Part shown: positions 33,076 through 60,700 of the stretch, piece after piece
Layout of the letters: every line of letters starts with the position of its first letter
How positions within the stretch are numbered: position 1 is the stretch's first letter
Source of the DNA: the human T2T-CHM13v2.0 reference genome, Homo sapiens
Reading direction: 5' to 3' (one strand)
Assembly (NCBI RefSeq): GCF_009914755.1
Contig: NC_060929.1
Length of the DNA: 64,000 nucleotides
Translations under genes and position numbers: made by a program
The notes under the pieces: generated by a model
Told to the model about the DNA's origin: nothing
The model's input: only the letters and a program-made list of their open reading frames with translations
The model's database searches: none

Positions 33076-35244
33076 TAAATTAATGAACACTAAATTGAGA
33101 TGCCTCTAAAATATCCAAGAGGAGATATCTAGAAGGCAGCTGCATATAATGGTCTTAACCTCAGAGGAGAAGAGTCTAGGTTAAGAGAAAACCTGGAAAT
33201 CCTGCCTATTACAAGACACCTATATATATCAGGCAGAAGATAAAAAGAGATTAGAATCTAGGAACTAACTTTGAAAAACTCCCACATTTAATGACTGATG
33301 TTGGCAATTAAGATTGCAAGTCTGAACAGGAGTTACTTGAGAAGTACTTTCTTGTTTATTTGTTTATCTCTATTACTAGACCATACAATCCTTGACAGCA
33401 AGAAAAACAACCATTTCTGAATTTCTTAACACTTAGTAGAAGAGCCTGGCACACGGTTGAAACACAGCTGGATTTGTTGAATTAAGAAATGTATAAGGAA
33501 GGACAAAGCAAGATGGCCGAACAGAAGACTCCACTGATCATTGCCCCTGCAAGGACACCAATTTAACAACTATCTACATACAAAAAGCACCTTCATAAGA
33601 ACCAAAATTCAGATGAGCACTCATAGTATCTGGTTTTAACTTCATGTTGCTAAAAGAGGCACTGGAAAAGGTTAAGAAAGACAGTCTTGAATCACCAATG
33701 CCACACCTCCTTCATCCCCCCACAGCAGCCCTGTGGCATGTAGACAGAATCTGTGCATTTGGAAGGAGAGTAAAGGGATTGTGAGACATTGCACTGAACT
33801 CAATGCTGCCCTGTCAAGTGGAAAGCAAATCTGGGCTGAACTCAGCTGGTGCCCACCCATGGAGGGAGTATTTAAACCAGACCTAGCCAAAGGGAAATCG
33901 CCCATTCCAACAGTCAGAACTTGAGTTCCAGCAAGCCTTGCCACTATGGAATAAAATGCTCTGGGGCCCTAAATAAACTTGAAAGTCTAGGCTACAAGGA
34001 CTGTAACTCCCAGGCGAGTCCTAGTGCTGAACTGGGCTCAGAGCCAGTGGACTTGGGGTGGGCAGGGCGGGGTGGTGTCGGGGAGCGGGGATGTGACCTA
34101 CTGGGACACCAGCCAAGGCAGCTAAGGGAGTGCTTGTGCCACCCCTCTCACAACCCCAGGCTGCACAGCTCATGGCTCCAAAAGAGACCCCTTCCTTTTG
34201 CTTGAGGAGAAGAGAGAAAAGAGTAAAGAGGACATTGTCTTCCATCTTGGATACCAGCTCAGCCACAGCAGGGTAGGGTACCAGGAAGAGCAGTAAGGCT
34301 CTGGCTCCCAGACAACGTTTCTAGACACACCCTGGGCCAGAAGGGAACCCACTGCCTTGAAGGGAAGGAAGACCCAATCCTGGCAGGTTTCATCACCTGC
34401 TGATTAAAGAGCCCTTGGGCCCTAAATAACCAGCAATGATACCAGGTAGTATACCATGGCCCTTGGGTGAGACTCTGAGACTGGCTGCAAGTGACACTCA
34501 GCACATTCCCAGCTATGGTGGTTATGGGAAGAGACTCTCTGCCTGAGAAAAGTGAGGGAAATGTAAAGGAGATTTTATCTTGCACCTTAGATACCAGCTC
34601 AGCCACAGAAGGGTAGAGCACCAAGCAGGCTCTTGGGGGTCCCTAATTCCAGGCCTTGGCTCTTGGACAGCATTTCTGGATGTGCCCTGGGCCAGAGAGG
34701 AGTCCACTGCCCTGAAGGGTGAGTCCCAGGCAGCATTTACCATAAGCTGACTGAAGAGCCCTTGGGCCTTAAAGGAACACTGGTGGGTACCCTGGCAGTA
34801 TTCCCCATGGGCCTGTGGTGGCCGTGGCCGCAGGGTGAGGCTCCTCTGCCTGTGGAAAGAAGAGAGAAGAGTGGGAAGGACTATGTCCCATGGTATGAGT
34901 GCCAGCTCAGCCACAGTACAACAGAAAACCAAGTAAACTGCTAAGGGTTTTCACTCTAATTCCTGGCTCATGGACAGCCACTCTGGACCTGCCCAGGGTC
35001 TGGGGGAACTTGCCACCCTGCAGGGAAGGACATAAGCTTAGTTGGCTTCATCACCTGTTGTTTGCAGAGCCTTAGGGCCTTGAGAAAACACAGGCAATAG
35101 CCAGGTATTAGTTACAATGAGCCTTGGGTGAGACCCAGTGCTGTGCTGGCTTTAGTTCTGACCAAGCACAGTCCCAGTATTGGGAATTGGAGGCCACAGA
35201 GGTGCTTGTGTTACCCCACCCCCAGCTGCAGGCCACTCAGAACT

Positions 35245-35248
<4 letters not shown>

Positions 35249-35317
<69 letters not shown>
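35249..35317. repeat. (GA)n microsatellite, about 34 perfect units
   Basis: Uninterrupted gagaga run inside the 5' region of L1 #4. Confidence 0.97.
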
Positions 35318-35321
<4 letters not shown>

Positions 35322-36695
35322 AGATTGATTCTGTTTGTATGGGAGAAAGTAAGGGAAAAGAAAAAGAGTCTCTGCCTGGTAATCCAGATAATTCTTTCAG
35401 ATCTTATCTAAGACCACCAAGGTGGTACCTCCATAAGTCTGCAAGAACTACAGTGTTACTGGGCTTTGGGTGCCGCCTAATGAAGATACAGTTTAGATCA
35501 CAACACCCAAGTCCTTTCAAATACCTGGAAAGTCTTCCTAAGAAGGACAGGTACAAACAAGCCCAGAGTGCAAAACTTACAAGAAATAGCTAACTCTTCA
35601 GAGTCCAGACACCAACAAACATCTACAAGCATCAGTACTATCCAGGAAAACATAACAGCTCAGCCACAGAGGGGTAGAGCACCAAACAGGCTCACCAAAT
35701 GAACCAAGTAAAGCACCAGGGACCAATCCTGGAGAAACGGAGATACATGAGCTTTTAGATAGACAATGCAAAATAGCTGTTTTGAGGAAATTCAAAGAAA
35801 TTTAAAATAACACAGAGAAGAAATTCAGAATTCTGTCTGGTAAATTTTACAAAGAAATTTAAATAACTAAAAAGAAATAAGAAATTCTGGAGTTGAAAAA
35901 TGCAACTGACACGTTGAAGAATCCATCAGAGCCTTTTAATGGCAGAATTGATCTAGCAGAAGAAAGCATTAGTGAGCTTGAAGACAGGTTATTTAAAAAT
36001 ACATAGAGAAGACCAAAGAAAAAAGAATAAAAAACAACGAAGCATGTTTACAAGATCTAGAAAATAGCTTCGAAACGGCAAATCTTAAGGGTTGTTGGCC
36101 TTAAACAGGAGGTAGAGAAAAAGACAGGGGCAGAAAGTTTATTCAAAGGGATAACAACATGGAATTTCCCAAATCTAGAGAAAGATATCAATATCAAGTA
36201 CAAGAAGGTTATAGAACACCAAGAATATTTAACCCAAAGACTACTTTAAGGCATTTAATAATCAAAGTCTTAAAGTTCAAGGATAAAGAAAAGATCTTAA
36301 GAGCAGCAAGAAAAAAGAAACACAACATACAATGGAGCTTCACTAGGAGCAGACTTTTCAGTGGAAAACCTACACTCCAGGGGAGAACAGCATGACATAT
36401 TTAAAGTGCTGAAGGAAAACAACTTTTACTCTACAATAGTATATCAGGCAAAAATATCCTTTAAGCACCAAGGAGAATCACAGACCTTCCCACAAACAAA
36501 AGCTGAGGGATGTCATGAGTGCCAGACCTGTCCTATAAGAAATTCCAAAGAGAATACTTCATTTACAAAGAAAAGGACATGAATGAGCAATAAGAAATAA
36601 TGTGAAGGTACGAAACTCATTGGTAATAATGAGGTCACAGAAAAACACAAAGTATTATAACAGTGTAATTGTGGTGTGTAAACTACTCTTATCTC

Positions 36696-48961
<12,266 letters not shown>

Positions 48962-51744
48962 CTACTCTTATCTCAATTAGAAAGACTAAATGATGAACTA
49001 GCCAAAAATAATAACTACAATAACTTTTCAAGACATAATGCAATAAGATATAAATAAAAACAACAAAAAGTTAAAAAGTGGGGAGATGAAGCTAAGATGT
49101 AGTTTTATTAGTTTTCTTTTCACTTGTTTGTTTATGCAAACAATGTTAAGTTGTGATCAGCTTAAAATAATGGATTATAAGATAGTATTTACAAGCCTCA
49201 TAGTAACCTCAAATCAAAAAACATACAACAGATACACAAAAAATAATAAGAAATTAAACTATACCACTAGAGTAAATCACCTTCATTAATAGGAACACAA
49301 AAAGGAAAGAAAGAAGGCCACAAAACAACCAGAAATAACAAAATGTCAGGAGTAAGTCTCTACTTATCAATAGTAACACTGAATGTAAATGGGCTACACT
49401 GTCCAATCAAAAGACACAGAGTGGTTGAATGGATTTAAAAAAAAAAAAAAAAAAACAAGACCCAGTGATCTGTTTTCTTCAAGAAACACACTTCACCTAT
49501 AAAGACACACACAGACTGTAAATAAAGGGATGCAAAGAAATATTCCATGCCAATGGAAGTCAAAAAAGAGCAGGAGTAGCTATATTTATATCAGACAAAA
49601 CAGATTTCAAGACAAAGAAGGTTATATATAATGATAAAGGGGTCAATTCAGCAAGAAGATGTAATAATTTTAAATATATATGCACCTAACACTGGGTCAT
49701 CCAGATATATAAAGCAAACATATTACAGCTAAAGAGAAAAATAGGCCCTAATACAAAAATTGCTGGAGATTGCAACACTCCACTTTCAGCACTGGACAGA
49801 TCTTCCAAACAGAAAGTCAACAAAGAAACATTGGACTTAATCTTCACTTATTCATTTGTCTTCAATTATTTAGAACAAATAAACCTAATAGATATTTGCA
49901 GAAAATTTTATCCAATGGGTTCAGAATATACATTTTTTTCCTCAGCACATGGATCAGTCTCAAGGTCATATGTTAGGTCACAAAACAAGTCTTAAAACAT
50001 TCCAAAAAACTAAAATAATATCAAACATCTTCTCTGACCACAATGAAATAAAACTACAAGTCAATAACAAGAGGGAAGAGGGAGGTAAGTTGGCTGACTA
50101 GACACAGCCAGGAGGAACATCTGTCGCTGAGGGAATGGGACATTGGGAAGACTGGTGAATTCCTAGCAGATCTTCAGAGGGAAGGCATTGAGAGTGAAGG
50201 AAGACATAGATGCTAGGCTAAAGGAAAAAGAAGCTGGGAACCCTGCAGAGGGCTAAGGCGCACTGGGACTCATTCCTGGCCCCAATGACTCCTGGGGAAG
50301 GGGTGAGTTGAGCAGGCAAGTAGCAACCCACCCTTACCATGGGCCTCTGGAATCCTGGCAGGAGACCTCATGACCCCCACAGACACTTGTTCTGTAGGGG
50401 CAGAACTCCAGCTGGTGCAGATCTCGGAGGGTTTGGTGTTGGAGCATGTGCAGTGGAGCATAGCCAAGGACGCCCATCCCCCAAGGCTTGCCTTCCTCCT
50501 CTAGGAGATTTTAGCCCTAGGGGAACTGTTGGACTTGAACAGCCCAGGGTAGTCTTGCCCATGAGATAGGGCTGGTCTACCTGGTCACCTCTTGGTTGGC
50601 CTGCCTATCCTGGGGATCCAGCCTGGCAGCACTTGCTTGAATGTAGCCTCAGATGCCCAGGTGGGGTGCCTCCTGGGAGAGCAGCATCATAGCTCCTGTG
50701 CTGGCAGACTGCTCCTGACTGGTACAGAGCTCCAGGAGAGCAGACACTGTGGATGTACGCCAGCCCTCCCATGCCCTCCCCCTGCTGCAGCCTCCCTTGT
50801 GCGGCTTTGCCTGCACACATTTGCCCATGTCCAACACCTAGACCGCTTTGCTTGCACATGTATGCATGGGTGGACCTTGCTGTGCACCCCACCCACTCAC
50901 CCACCATGCTGCCATTGCTGTCGAAGCATTTGCAGGCATGAAGACTGCTAGCCCCATGCCTGCCAGTGCCCTGTTCTTGTGTTGACACTGCCACTGGCGT
51001 GAAACTGCACATGGTGACCAACAGACCTACCCCACACCCTGCAAGGCCACTGCCACTCACATGAATGCACGCACAGATGGCGTCAGTCCCACACCTACCA
51101 ATGCTCTGTCCCTGTGCTGACACTGCCATTGGCACAAAACTATATAGGGAGACCGGCAGACCTTCCCCTACCCTGAGCGGCCACTGCTGCCTGCATGGAT
51201 ACCTGTACAGATGGCACACAGAGTCCCATACCTGCCAGCACCCACCTCGTCCTAACATCGCCACCAGTGTGAATGTGCACACGGACCCCAGTGGGGCCTG
51301 TTCCCCCCTGTGCCATGCTGCCAACCCCACCACTGTTAATACCTGCATGGACACTGGTACCCCTACAATTGCCAGCACCCTGCCATAATCAACAAGTATG
51401 TACCCTGCTGCACTGCCACTGCTGCTGGCATGTACAAATCCCACTGCCACTGCCCTGTGAAGAGCTTTGGCTGGCACCACTCATCAGAGTGCTGTGACCA
51501 GCAGTCTGGGAACACCTTGGCCCTTGGTGAGCAGGTTTCTCACCTCAAGGGGCCAGAGAACAAAGCCAGGGGCCTGATACCAGCCCCACAGAATTGGAGC
51601 ACACAATCCAGAGGTCCTGAGCTGAGCCTTGGCCCCCCACAAAATCTTCCAGAAACAAAACCAGTTGACTGAACCCACCTTATACAACAAGAAAACCCCC
51701 AAGGATATCAAACAGGGCAAAAGAAAAAAAAATCCAAAGGGCAG

Positions 51745-52549
51745 TGATATGATTTGGATCTGTGCCCCTGACCAAATCTCATGTTTGGTCATGAGATTTA
51801 GAAGTGGGTCCAATGTTGGAGGTGGGGCCTAGTGAAAGGTGATTAGATCATGGGGGTAGTTTCTCATAAGTGCTTTAGCACCACCCTCTTGGTGCTGTTA
51901 TCATGATAGTGAGTTCTCATGAGATCTGGTCCTTTAAAAGTGTATAGTACCTCCTCCCTCTCCCTGTCTCTCTTCTCCTGCTCCAGCCATGTGAAGTGCC
52001 AGCTCCCTCTTTGCCTTCTGCCATGACTGTAAGTTTCCTGAGATTGCTGGGCACAATGGCTCATGCTTGCAATCCCAGAACTTTGGGAGGCCAAGGCGAG
52101 TGGATCACTTGAGCTCAGGGGTTCGAGACCAGCCTGGGCAACACGGTGAAACCCTGTCTCTACTAAAATACAAAAAATTAGCTGGGTATGGTGGTGCACA
52201 CCTGTGGTCCCAGCTACTCAGAAGGCTGAAGTGGGAGGATCACTTGAACCTGGGAGGTGGAGGTTGTGGTAAGCCAAGATGGTGTCACTGCACTCTAGCC
52301 TGGGTGACAGAGTGAGATCTTTCTCAATTTAAAAAAAAAAAGAAGAAGTTTCCTGTGGCCTCCCCAGAAACCAGGAAGATGGTTTCTTGTACATCTTGCT
52401 TCCTGTACATCATGCTTCCTGTACAGGTACAGCTTCAGCATCATGCTTCCTGTACAGCCTGCAGAACCATGAGCCAATTAAGCCTCTTTTCTTTATAAAT
52501 AACCCGGTCTCAGATATTTCTTTATAGTAATGCAAAAATGAATAATACA
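51745..52549 (+). mobile_element. MST-type solo LTR containing an AluS (about 52046-52345, TSD aagtttcctg)
   Basis: tgatatgatttggatctgtgccc...aataataca; the Alu splits the LTR at gtaagtttcctg. Confidence 0.85.
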
Positions 52550-54423
52550 GACAGCAACTTCAAAGACTGAAGAAACATCAGCCCACAAAGATGGGAAAGA
52601 ACCAGTGCAAAAACTCTGGCAATTCAAAAAGCCAGAGTGTCTTCTTACCTCCCAAAAACCCCACTAGTTCCCCAGCAATGATTGTTAACCATGCTGAGAT
52701 GGCTGAAATGACAGAAATAGGAATCAGAATATGGATAGGAACGAGGATCATCGACATACAGTAGAAAGTCGAAACCCAATCCAAGGAATCTAAGGATTAC
52801 AATAAAATGATACCAGAGCTGATAGACAAAATGGCCATTATAAGAAAGAACTGAACTGATGCAACAGAGCTAAAAAATACACTCTGAGAATTTCATAATG
52901 CAATCGCAAGTATTAAGAGTAGAATTGACCATGCTGAGGAAAGAATCTCAGAGGTTGAAGCCTGGATGTACAAAAGAACTCAGATAAAAATAAAGAAGAA
53001 ACAATGACAAAGAATGAACAAAACCTCCAAAAAATATGTGATTATGTAAAGAGGCCTAATCTATGAGTCATTGGTACACCTAAAAGAGAAGGAAAGAAAC
53101 CAAGCAACTTGGAAAACATTTCAAGATATCATCCATGAAAATTTCCCCAAGCTCACTAGAGAGGCCAACATTCAAATTCAGGACAAGCAGAAAACCCCTG
53201 CAAAATACTACATAAGAAGACCAGTCTCAAGACACACAGTCATCAGATTCTCCAAGGTCAAAATGAAAGAAAAAATGTTAAAGTCAGCTAGAGTGAAGGG
53301 GCAGGTCACCTACAAAGGAAATCCCATTAGGCTAACAGCAGACCTATCAGCAGAAACCCCATAAGCCAGAAGAGAATGGGGGCCTATATTCAGCATTATA
53401 AAAGAAAATAATTTTCAACCAAGAATTTCATATCCAGCCAAACCAAGCTTCATAAGCAAAGGAGAAATAAGATCCTTTTCAGACAAATTTGTTAGCACAA
53501 GACCTGCCTTACAACTGGTCCTAAAAGGAGTGCTAAATATGGAAAAGAAAGACCGTTACCAGCCACTACAAAAAACACACTTAAGTACATAGACAAGTGA
53601 CACTACAAAGCAACCACACAAACAAGTATGCATAATAACCAACTAACAACATGACAAAAGGACCAAATCCACACATATCAATACTAACCTTGAATGTAAA
53701 TGAGCTAAATACTCCCAATTAAAAGGCACAGAGTGGCAAGTTGGATAAAGAAACAAAACCCAACAGTATGCTGTCTTCAAGAGATCCATCTCACATACAA
53801 TGACACTCACACACTCAAAGTAAAGGGATGAAAAAAAAATCTACCAAGCCAATTAAAAAAAAACAAAAAAACAAAAAAATAACGGAAAAAAAGCAGATGC
53901 TGCTATTCTCATTTTGGACAAAACAGACTTTAACCAAGATCAAAAAAAGACAAAGAAGGGCATTACATAATCTAAGAAGGGCATTATGGGGCTCAATTCA
54001 ACAAGAAGACCTATCTTTCCTAAATATATATGCACCTAACACAGGAGCACCCAGATTCATAAAGCAAGTTCTTAGAGACCTATGAAGAGATTTAGAAAAC
54101 CACAGAATAATAATGGGACATTTAAACACCCACTGACAGTATCAGACAGATTGTCAAGGCAGAAAACTAACAAAGATATTCAGAGCCTTAACACAACACT
54201 TGACCAAATGGATCTAATAGATATCTACAGAACTCTCCACCCCAAACCAACAGAATACACATTCTCCTTATATGCACATGGCAAACACTGATCACAAAGT
54301 CAGGTACAAAAGAATCTTCAGCAAATTTCAAAAGAAATGAAATCATACCAACCACTCTCTCAGACCACAGAGCAATAAAAATAGAAATAACTGCTAAGAA
54401 AATTGCTCAAAATCATACAATTA

Positions 54424-55046
54424 TTGAACTAATTTACACTCCCACCAATAGTGTAAAAGTATTAAAGACAGTGTGGCGATTCCTCAAGGATCTAGAATCA
54501 GAACTACTATTTGATCCAGCAATCCCATTATTGGGTATATACCCAAAGGATTATAAATCATACTACTATAAAGACACATGCACACGTATGCTTATTGCAG
54601 CACTGTTCACAATAGCAAAGACTTGGAACCAACCCAAATGCCCATCAATGATAGGCTGGATTAAGAAAATGTGGCACATATACACCATGGAATACTATGC
54701 AGCCATAAAAAATGATGAGTTCATGTCCTTTGCAGGGACATGGATGAAGCTGGAAACCATCATTCTCAGCAAACTGACACAGAAACAGAAAACCAAACAC
54801 CACATGTTCTCATTTATAAGTTGAACAATGAGAACACATGGACACAGGGAGGGGAACATCACACACCAGGGCCTGTCGGGGGGTTGGAGGATAGGGGAGG
54901 AATAGCATTAGGAGACATACCTAATGTAGGTGAAGGGTTGATGGGTGCAGCAAACCACCACGTGTATACCTATGTAACAAACCTGCACGTTCTGCACATG
55001 TATCCCAGAACTTAAAGTATAATTTTTAAAGAAGTGAAAAAAACCC
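54424..55046 (+). mobile_element. 5'-truncated L1PA with a 40-bp 5' inversion (L1 #6)
   Basis: TSD catacaatta at 54414-54423 and 55047-55056; 54424-54463 is reverse-complement ORF2; ORF2 C-terminus at 54471..54824 plus 3' UTR. Confidence 0.88.
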
Positions 55047-57486
55047 CATACAATTAAATGGAAATTTTAAAAACCTGCTCCTGAACGACTTCTGGGTAAA
55101 TAATGAAATTAAGGCACAAATCAATAACTTTTTTGAAACTAATGAGGAAGAAGATACAACATACCAGACTCTCTGGGACATAGCCAAAGCAATGTAAGAG
55201 GGAAGTTTATAGCACTAAAAGCTCACATCAAAAAGTCAGAAATAACTCAAATTAACAACCTAATACCGCAACTAGAGGAACTAGAAAAACAAGAGCAAAT
55301 CAACCCCAAAGCTACCAGAAGACAATAAATAACCAAAATCAGACTAAAGGAAACTAAGATGAAAAAAAACATACAAAACATCAATGAATCAGGGGCTACT
55401 TCTCTAAAAGAATTAATCTGATAGACCACTAGCTAGATTAAGAAAAGAAAGAGAAGAGCCAAATAAACACAATTAGAAATGACAAAGGAGACATTACCAC
55501 TGACCCCACAGAAATACAAAAAACTCTCAGAGACTATTATAAACACCTCTATGCACACAAGCTAGAAAACCTAGAAGAAATGGATAAACACACAGACCAA
55601 TAGAGAAACAAAATAGAGAACCCAAACATAACCACCAGATCTTTGACAAATCTACCAAAACAAGCAATGGGGAAAGGACCATTCCATAAATGGTGCTGGG
55701 ATAACTGGCCAGCCATATGCAGAAGACTGAAACTGGAGATCCCTTCCTTACACCATAAACAGAAATTAACTCAAGATGGATTAAAGACGTATATCTAAGA
55801 CTCAAAACTATCAAAACCCTGGAAAATAACCTAGGAAATACCACTCTGGACAAAGGACATGGCAAAGACTTCATAACAATGACGCCAAAAGAAATTGCTA
55901 TGAGAGCAAAAATGACAAATGGGACCCAATTAAACTAAAGAGCTTCTGCACAGCAAAAGAAACTATCAACAGAATCAATAATCTACAGAATGGGAGAAAA
56001 TATTTGCTAACTATACATCTCACAAAGGTCTAATATCAGAATCTATAAGGAATTTAAACAAATTTATAAGCAAAGAACCATTCCATTAAAAAGTGGGCAA
56101 AGGACATGAACAGACACTCTTCAAAAGAAGACATACACACGACCGACAAACATGCAAAAATGCTCAACATCACTAATCATTAGAGAAATGCAAATCAAAA
56201 CCACAATGATACCATCTCACACTAGTCAGAATGACTATTATTAAAAAGTAAAAAAGTAACAGATACTGACAAAGTTGCAGAGAAAACAGAATGCTTATAT
56301 ACTGTTAGTGGGAGTGTAAATTATTTCAACCATTGTGGAAAGCAGTGTGGTAATTCCTCGAACAGCTAAAAACAGAACTACCATTTGACCCAGCAATCCC
56401 ATTATTGGGTATATACCCTAAGGAATATAACTTATTCTACCATAAAGACACATACAAGCACATATTTATCACAGCATTATTCACAATAGCAAAGACATGG
56501 AATCAACCTAAATGTTCATCAATGGTAGACTAGAGAAAAAAAATGTGGTACATATACACCATGGAATGCCATGCAGTCATACAAAAGAATAAGAATATGT
56601 CCTCAGCAGTAACGCAGATAAATCTGGAGGCCATTATTCTAAGCAAACTAATACAGGAACAGAAAACCAAATACTGCACAGTCTCACTTATAAGTGGGAC
56701 CTAAACATTGGGTATATATGGACAGAAAGAAGGAACAACAGACACTGGGGCCTACTTGAGGGTGAGAGGAGGGTGACTATTGAAAAAGTACCTATCAGGT
56801 ACTATGCTTATTACATAGATGAAGAAATAATCTGCACACCAAACTACTGTAACAGACACACAATTTATCTACATAACAAATTAGATATGTTTACACCTGA
56901 ATCTAAAATAAAAGATAAAAAATAACGAGGAATTTTGGAAACTAACAAACACATGAAAATTAAACAATATGCTCCTGAATGACTAGTGAGTCAATGAAGA
57001 ATTAAGAAGGAAACTGAAAATATTCTTGAAACAAATCATAATGGAAATACAACATACCAAAACCTACAGGCTACAGTGAAAGCAGTACTAACAGGGAAAT
57101 TTACAGTTACAAATGCTTATATCAAAAAGAATAAAAACTTCAAATAAACAACCTAACAATGCATCTAAAAGAACTAAAAAAGAGCAAACCAAACCCAAAA
57201 TTAGTAGAAAAAAAAGATCAGAGCAGAAACAAATGAATTCGAAAACAATACAAAAAAGCAATGAAACAAAAAATTGGTTTCTTGTAAAAAAAAAACTGAC
57301 AAACCTGTAGCCAGACTAAGAAACAAGAGAGAAAACCCAATTAAATAAAATCAGAGATGAAAAGGGAGACATTACAACTGATACTGCAGACATTCAAAGG
57401 ATCATTAGTATCTACTATGAGCAACTACATGCCAGTAGACATATGCAATCTAGTATGACTGAACCATGAAGCAACCCAAAACCTTG

Positions 57487-57785
<299 letters not shown>

Positions 57786-60700
57786 TCCAAAACCTGAACA
57801 GGACAATACAAGTAACAAGATTGAAGCTATAATAAAAAGTCTCCTGGTAAAGAAAATTCCAGGACCTAGTGACTTCACTGTTGAATTCTACCAAATATTT
57901 AAAGAAGTACTAATACCAATCCTACTCAAACTGTTCCAAAAAATAGAGGATGAAGGAATACTGACAAACTCATTCAATGCTATCAGTATTACCCTGATAC
58001 AAAAACCAGACAAAGACATATCAAAAAAAGAAAACTATAGGCCAATATCTCTGAAGAATACTGATGTAAAAATCCTCAACAAAATAGCAAACTGAATTCA
58101 ACAACATATTAAACAGATCATTCTTCCAGACCAAGTGAGATTTACCCCAGGGACGCAAGGATGGTTCAACCTATGCAAATCAATCAATATGATACATCAT
58201 ATCAACAGAATAAAGGAAAAAAACCATATGATCATTTAAATTATGCTAGAAAATCGTGATAAAATTCAACATCCGTTCATGATAAAAATTCTCAAAACAG
58301 TAGGTACGGAAGGAACATACCTCAATATAATAAAAGCCAATATATGACAGACCTACAGCTAGTATCATACTAAATGGGGAAAAACTGAAAGCCTTTCTTT
58401 GTAAACCTGGAAGAAGACACGATGCTCACTTTCACCATTATTATTCAACATAGTATCGGAAGTCTAGCTAGAGCAGTCAGACAAGAGAAAGCAATAAAGG
58501 GCATCTGAATTGCAAAGGAAGAAGTCAAATTATCTTTGTTTGCAGATGACATGGTCTTATACTTAAAAGAAAAACTAAAGATTCCACCAAAAAACTAGTA
58601 GAACTGATAAATAAATTAGCAAAGTTACTTGATACAAAATCAACATATAAAAATCAGTGGTATTTTCATATGCCAACTGTGAACAACCTGAAAAAGAAGT
58701 CAAGAAAGTAATACCATTTACAAGAGCAACAAATAAACTAAAATATCTGGGACTTAACCAAAGATCTGAAAGATCTCTACAATGAAAACTATGAAACACT
58801 GATGCAAAAAATTGAAGAAGACAGCAAAAAATTGGAAAGATATTCCATGTTCATGGACTGAAAGAATCAATATTGTAAATATGGCCACACTACCCAAAGC
58901 AATCTGTAGGTTTAATGCAATCCCTATCAAAATATCAATGAAATTCTTCATACAAATAAAGTACTAAAATCTATATGGAACACAAAAGATCCAGAATAGT
59001 CAAAGCTAACCTGAGCAAAAATAACAAAACTGAGAAATCACATTACGTGACTTTAAATTATACTATGGCGCTACAGTAACCCAAACAGCATGGTACTGGC
59101 ATAAAAAACAGACACATAGACCAAGGAATCAGAAAAGAGAACCCATAGATAAATCTATACATCTACACCGAACTCATTTTTTACAAAGGTGCCAAGGACA
59201 TTCTTTGGGGAAGGGCCAGTTTCTTTAACATGGTGCTTGGAAAACTGGATAGCTACATGAAAAAGAATGAAACTAGACCCTTGTCTGTTGCCATATACAA
59301 AAATCAAATTAAAATGGATTAAAAACTTAAATCTAAGACCTCAGACTATGAAACTACTACAAGAAAACATTGGGGAAAGTCTCTAGGACATTGGGCTGGG
59401 CAAAGATATCTTGAGTAATACCCCACAAACACAGGCAACCAAAGCAAAATTACAAATGAGATCACATCAAGTTAAAATGCTTCTGCACAGCAAAGGAAAC
59501 AATCAATAAAGTGAAGTGACAACCCATAGAATGGGGGGAAATATTTGCAAACTACTCCACCTAATTAGGGATTAATAACCAGAATATATAAGGAGCTCAC
59601 ACAACTCTATAGGAAAAACAAAAATCTGATAATCCAATTAAAAATGAGCAAAAGACCTAAACAGACATTTCTCAAAAGAAGACATACAAATGGCAAACAG
59701 GTCTATGAAAAGGTGCTCAACATCACTGATCATCAGAGAAATGCAAATCAAAACTACAATGTCATATCATCTTACCCCAGTTAAAATGGCGTTTATCCAA
59801 AAGTCAGGCAATAACATGCCGGTGAGGATGTGGAGAAAAGGGAACCCTCGTATACTGTTGGTGGGAATGTACATTAATATAACCACTAAGGAGAACTGTT
59901 TGGAGCTTCCTCGAAAACATAAAAATAGAGGTATCATACGATCCAGCAATCCTACTGCTGAGTATATACGCAAACAAAAGGAAATCAGTGTATCAAAGAG
60001 GTATCTGCACTCCCGCATTTGTTTCAGCACTATTCACAACAGCCAAGATTTGGAAGCAACCTAAGTGTCCATCAACAGATGAATGGATAAAGAAAATGTG
60101 GTACATAAACACAATGGAGTACTATTCAGCCTTAAAAAAGAATGAGATCCTGTCATTTACAACAACATGAATGAAACTGAAGGTCATTATGATAAGTGAA
60201 ATAAACCAGGCACAGAAGGACAAATATCACTTGTTCTCACTTATTTGTGGGATCTAAAACAAAAACAATTGAACTCGTGGAGATAGAGAATAGAAGGATG
60301 GTTACCAGAGGCTGAGAAGGATAGTTGGAGAGGGGGAGTGGTTTGTAGGGAAGGTGGGGATGGTTAATGGGTACAAAAAAATAGAAAGAATGAATAAGAC
60401 CTAGTATTTGCTAGCACAACAGCATGACTGTAGTAAAAAATAATTTAATTATACATTTAAAAATAACTAAAAGAGTATAACTGTATTATTTGTAACACAA
60501 AGGATAAATGCTTGAGGGCATGGATACCCTACTTACCCTGATGTGATTATTATGCATTGCATGCCTGTATTAAAATATCTCATGTAAGCCATAAATATAT
60601 ACACCATCTATGTATCCACAAATATTAATAATAAAAAAATTGTAAAAAGAAATGTGTAAAAAAAAATCTCTAGAGTAAGTGGCTTATTTAATTTTAAATT

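Larger units (their letters stand above)
50075..56920 (+). mobile_element. Older primate L1 (L1PA15/16-like; L1 #5) inserted in ORF2 of L1 #4, with an internal ORF2 deletion at about 55588
   Basis: Long GC-rich 5' region, ORF1 remnant (53071..53364), endonuclease remnant and 3' UTR; approximate TSD aataac(aa)gagg. Confidence 0.8.

Noticed and set aside
34250-34920. Regularly spaced ccagctcagccaca repeats, superficially array-like
   Set aside because: These are ~330-bp tandem units of the L1MA 5' UTR with homologous rather than unique spacers; the DNA is eukaryotic and this is not CRISPR.
35180-35593. ER-repeat protein ORF
   Set aside because: It is a translation of the (GA)n microsatellite within an L1.
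50605-51480. 291-aa minus-strand ORF
   Set aside because: It lies antisense in the GC-rich repetitive 5' region of an old L1, is stop-poor by composition, and has no recognisable domain.
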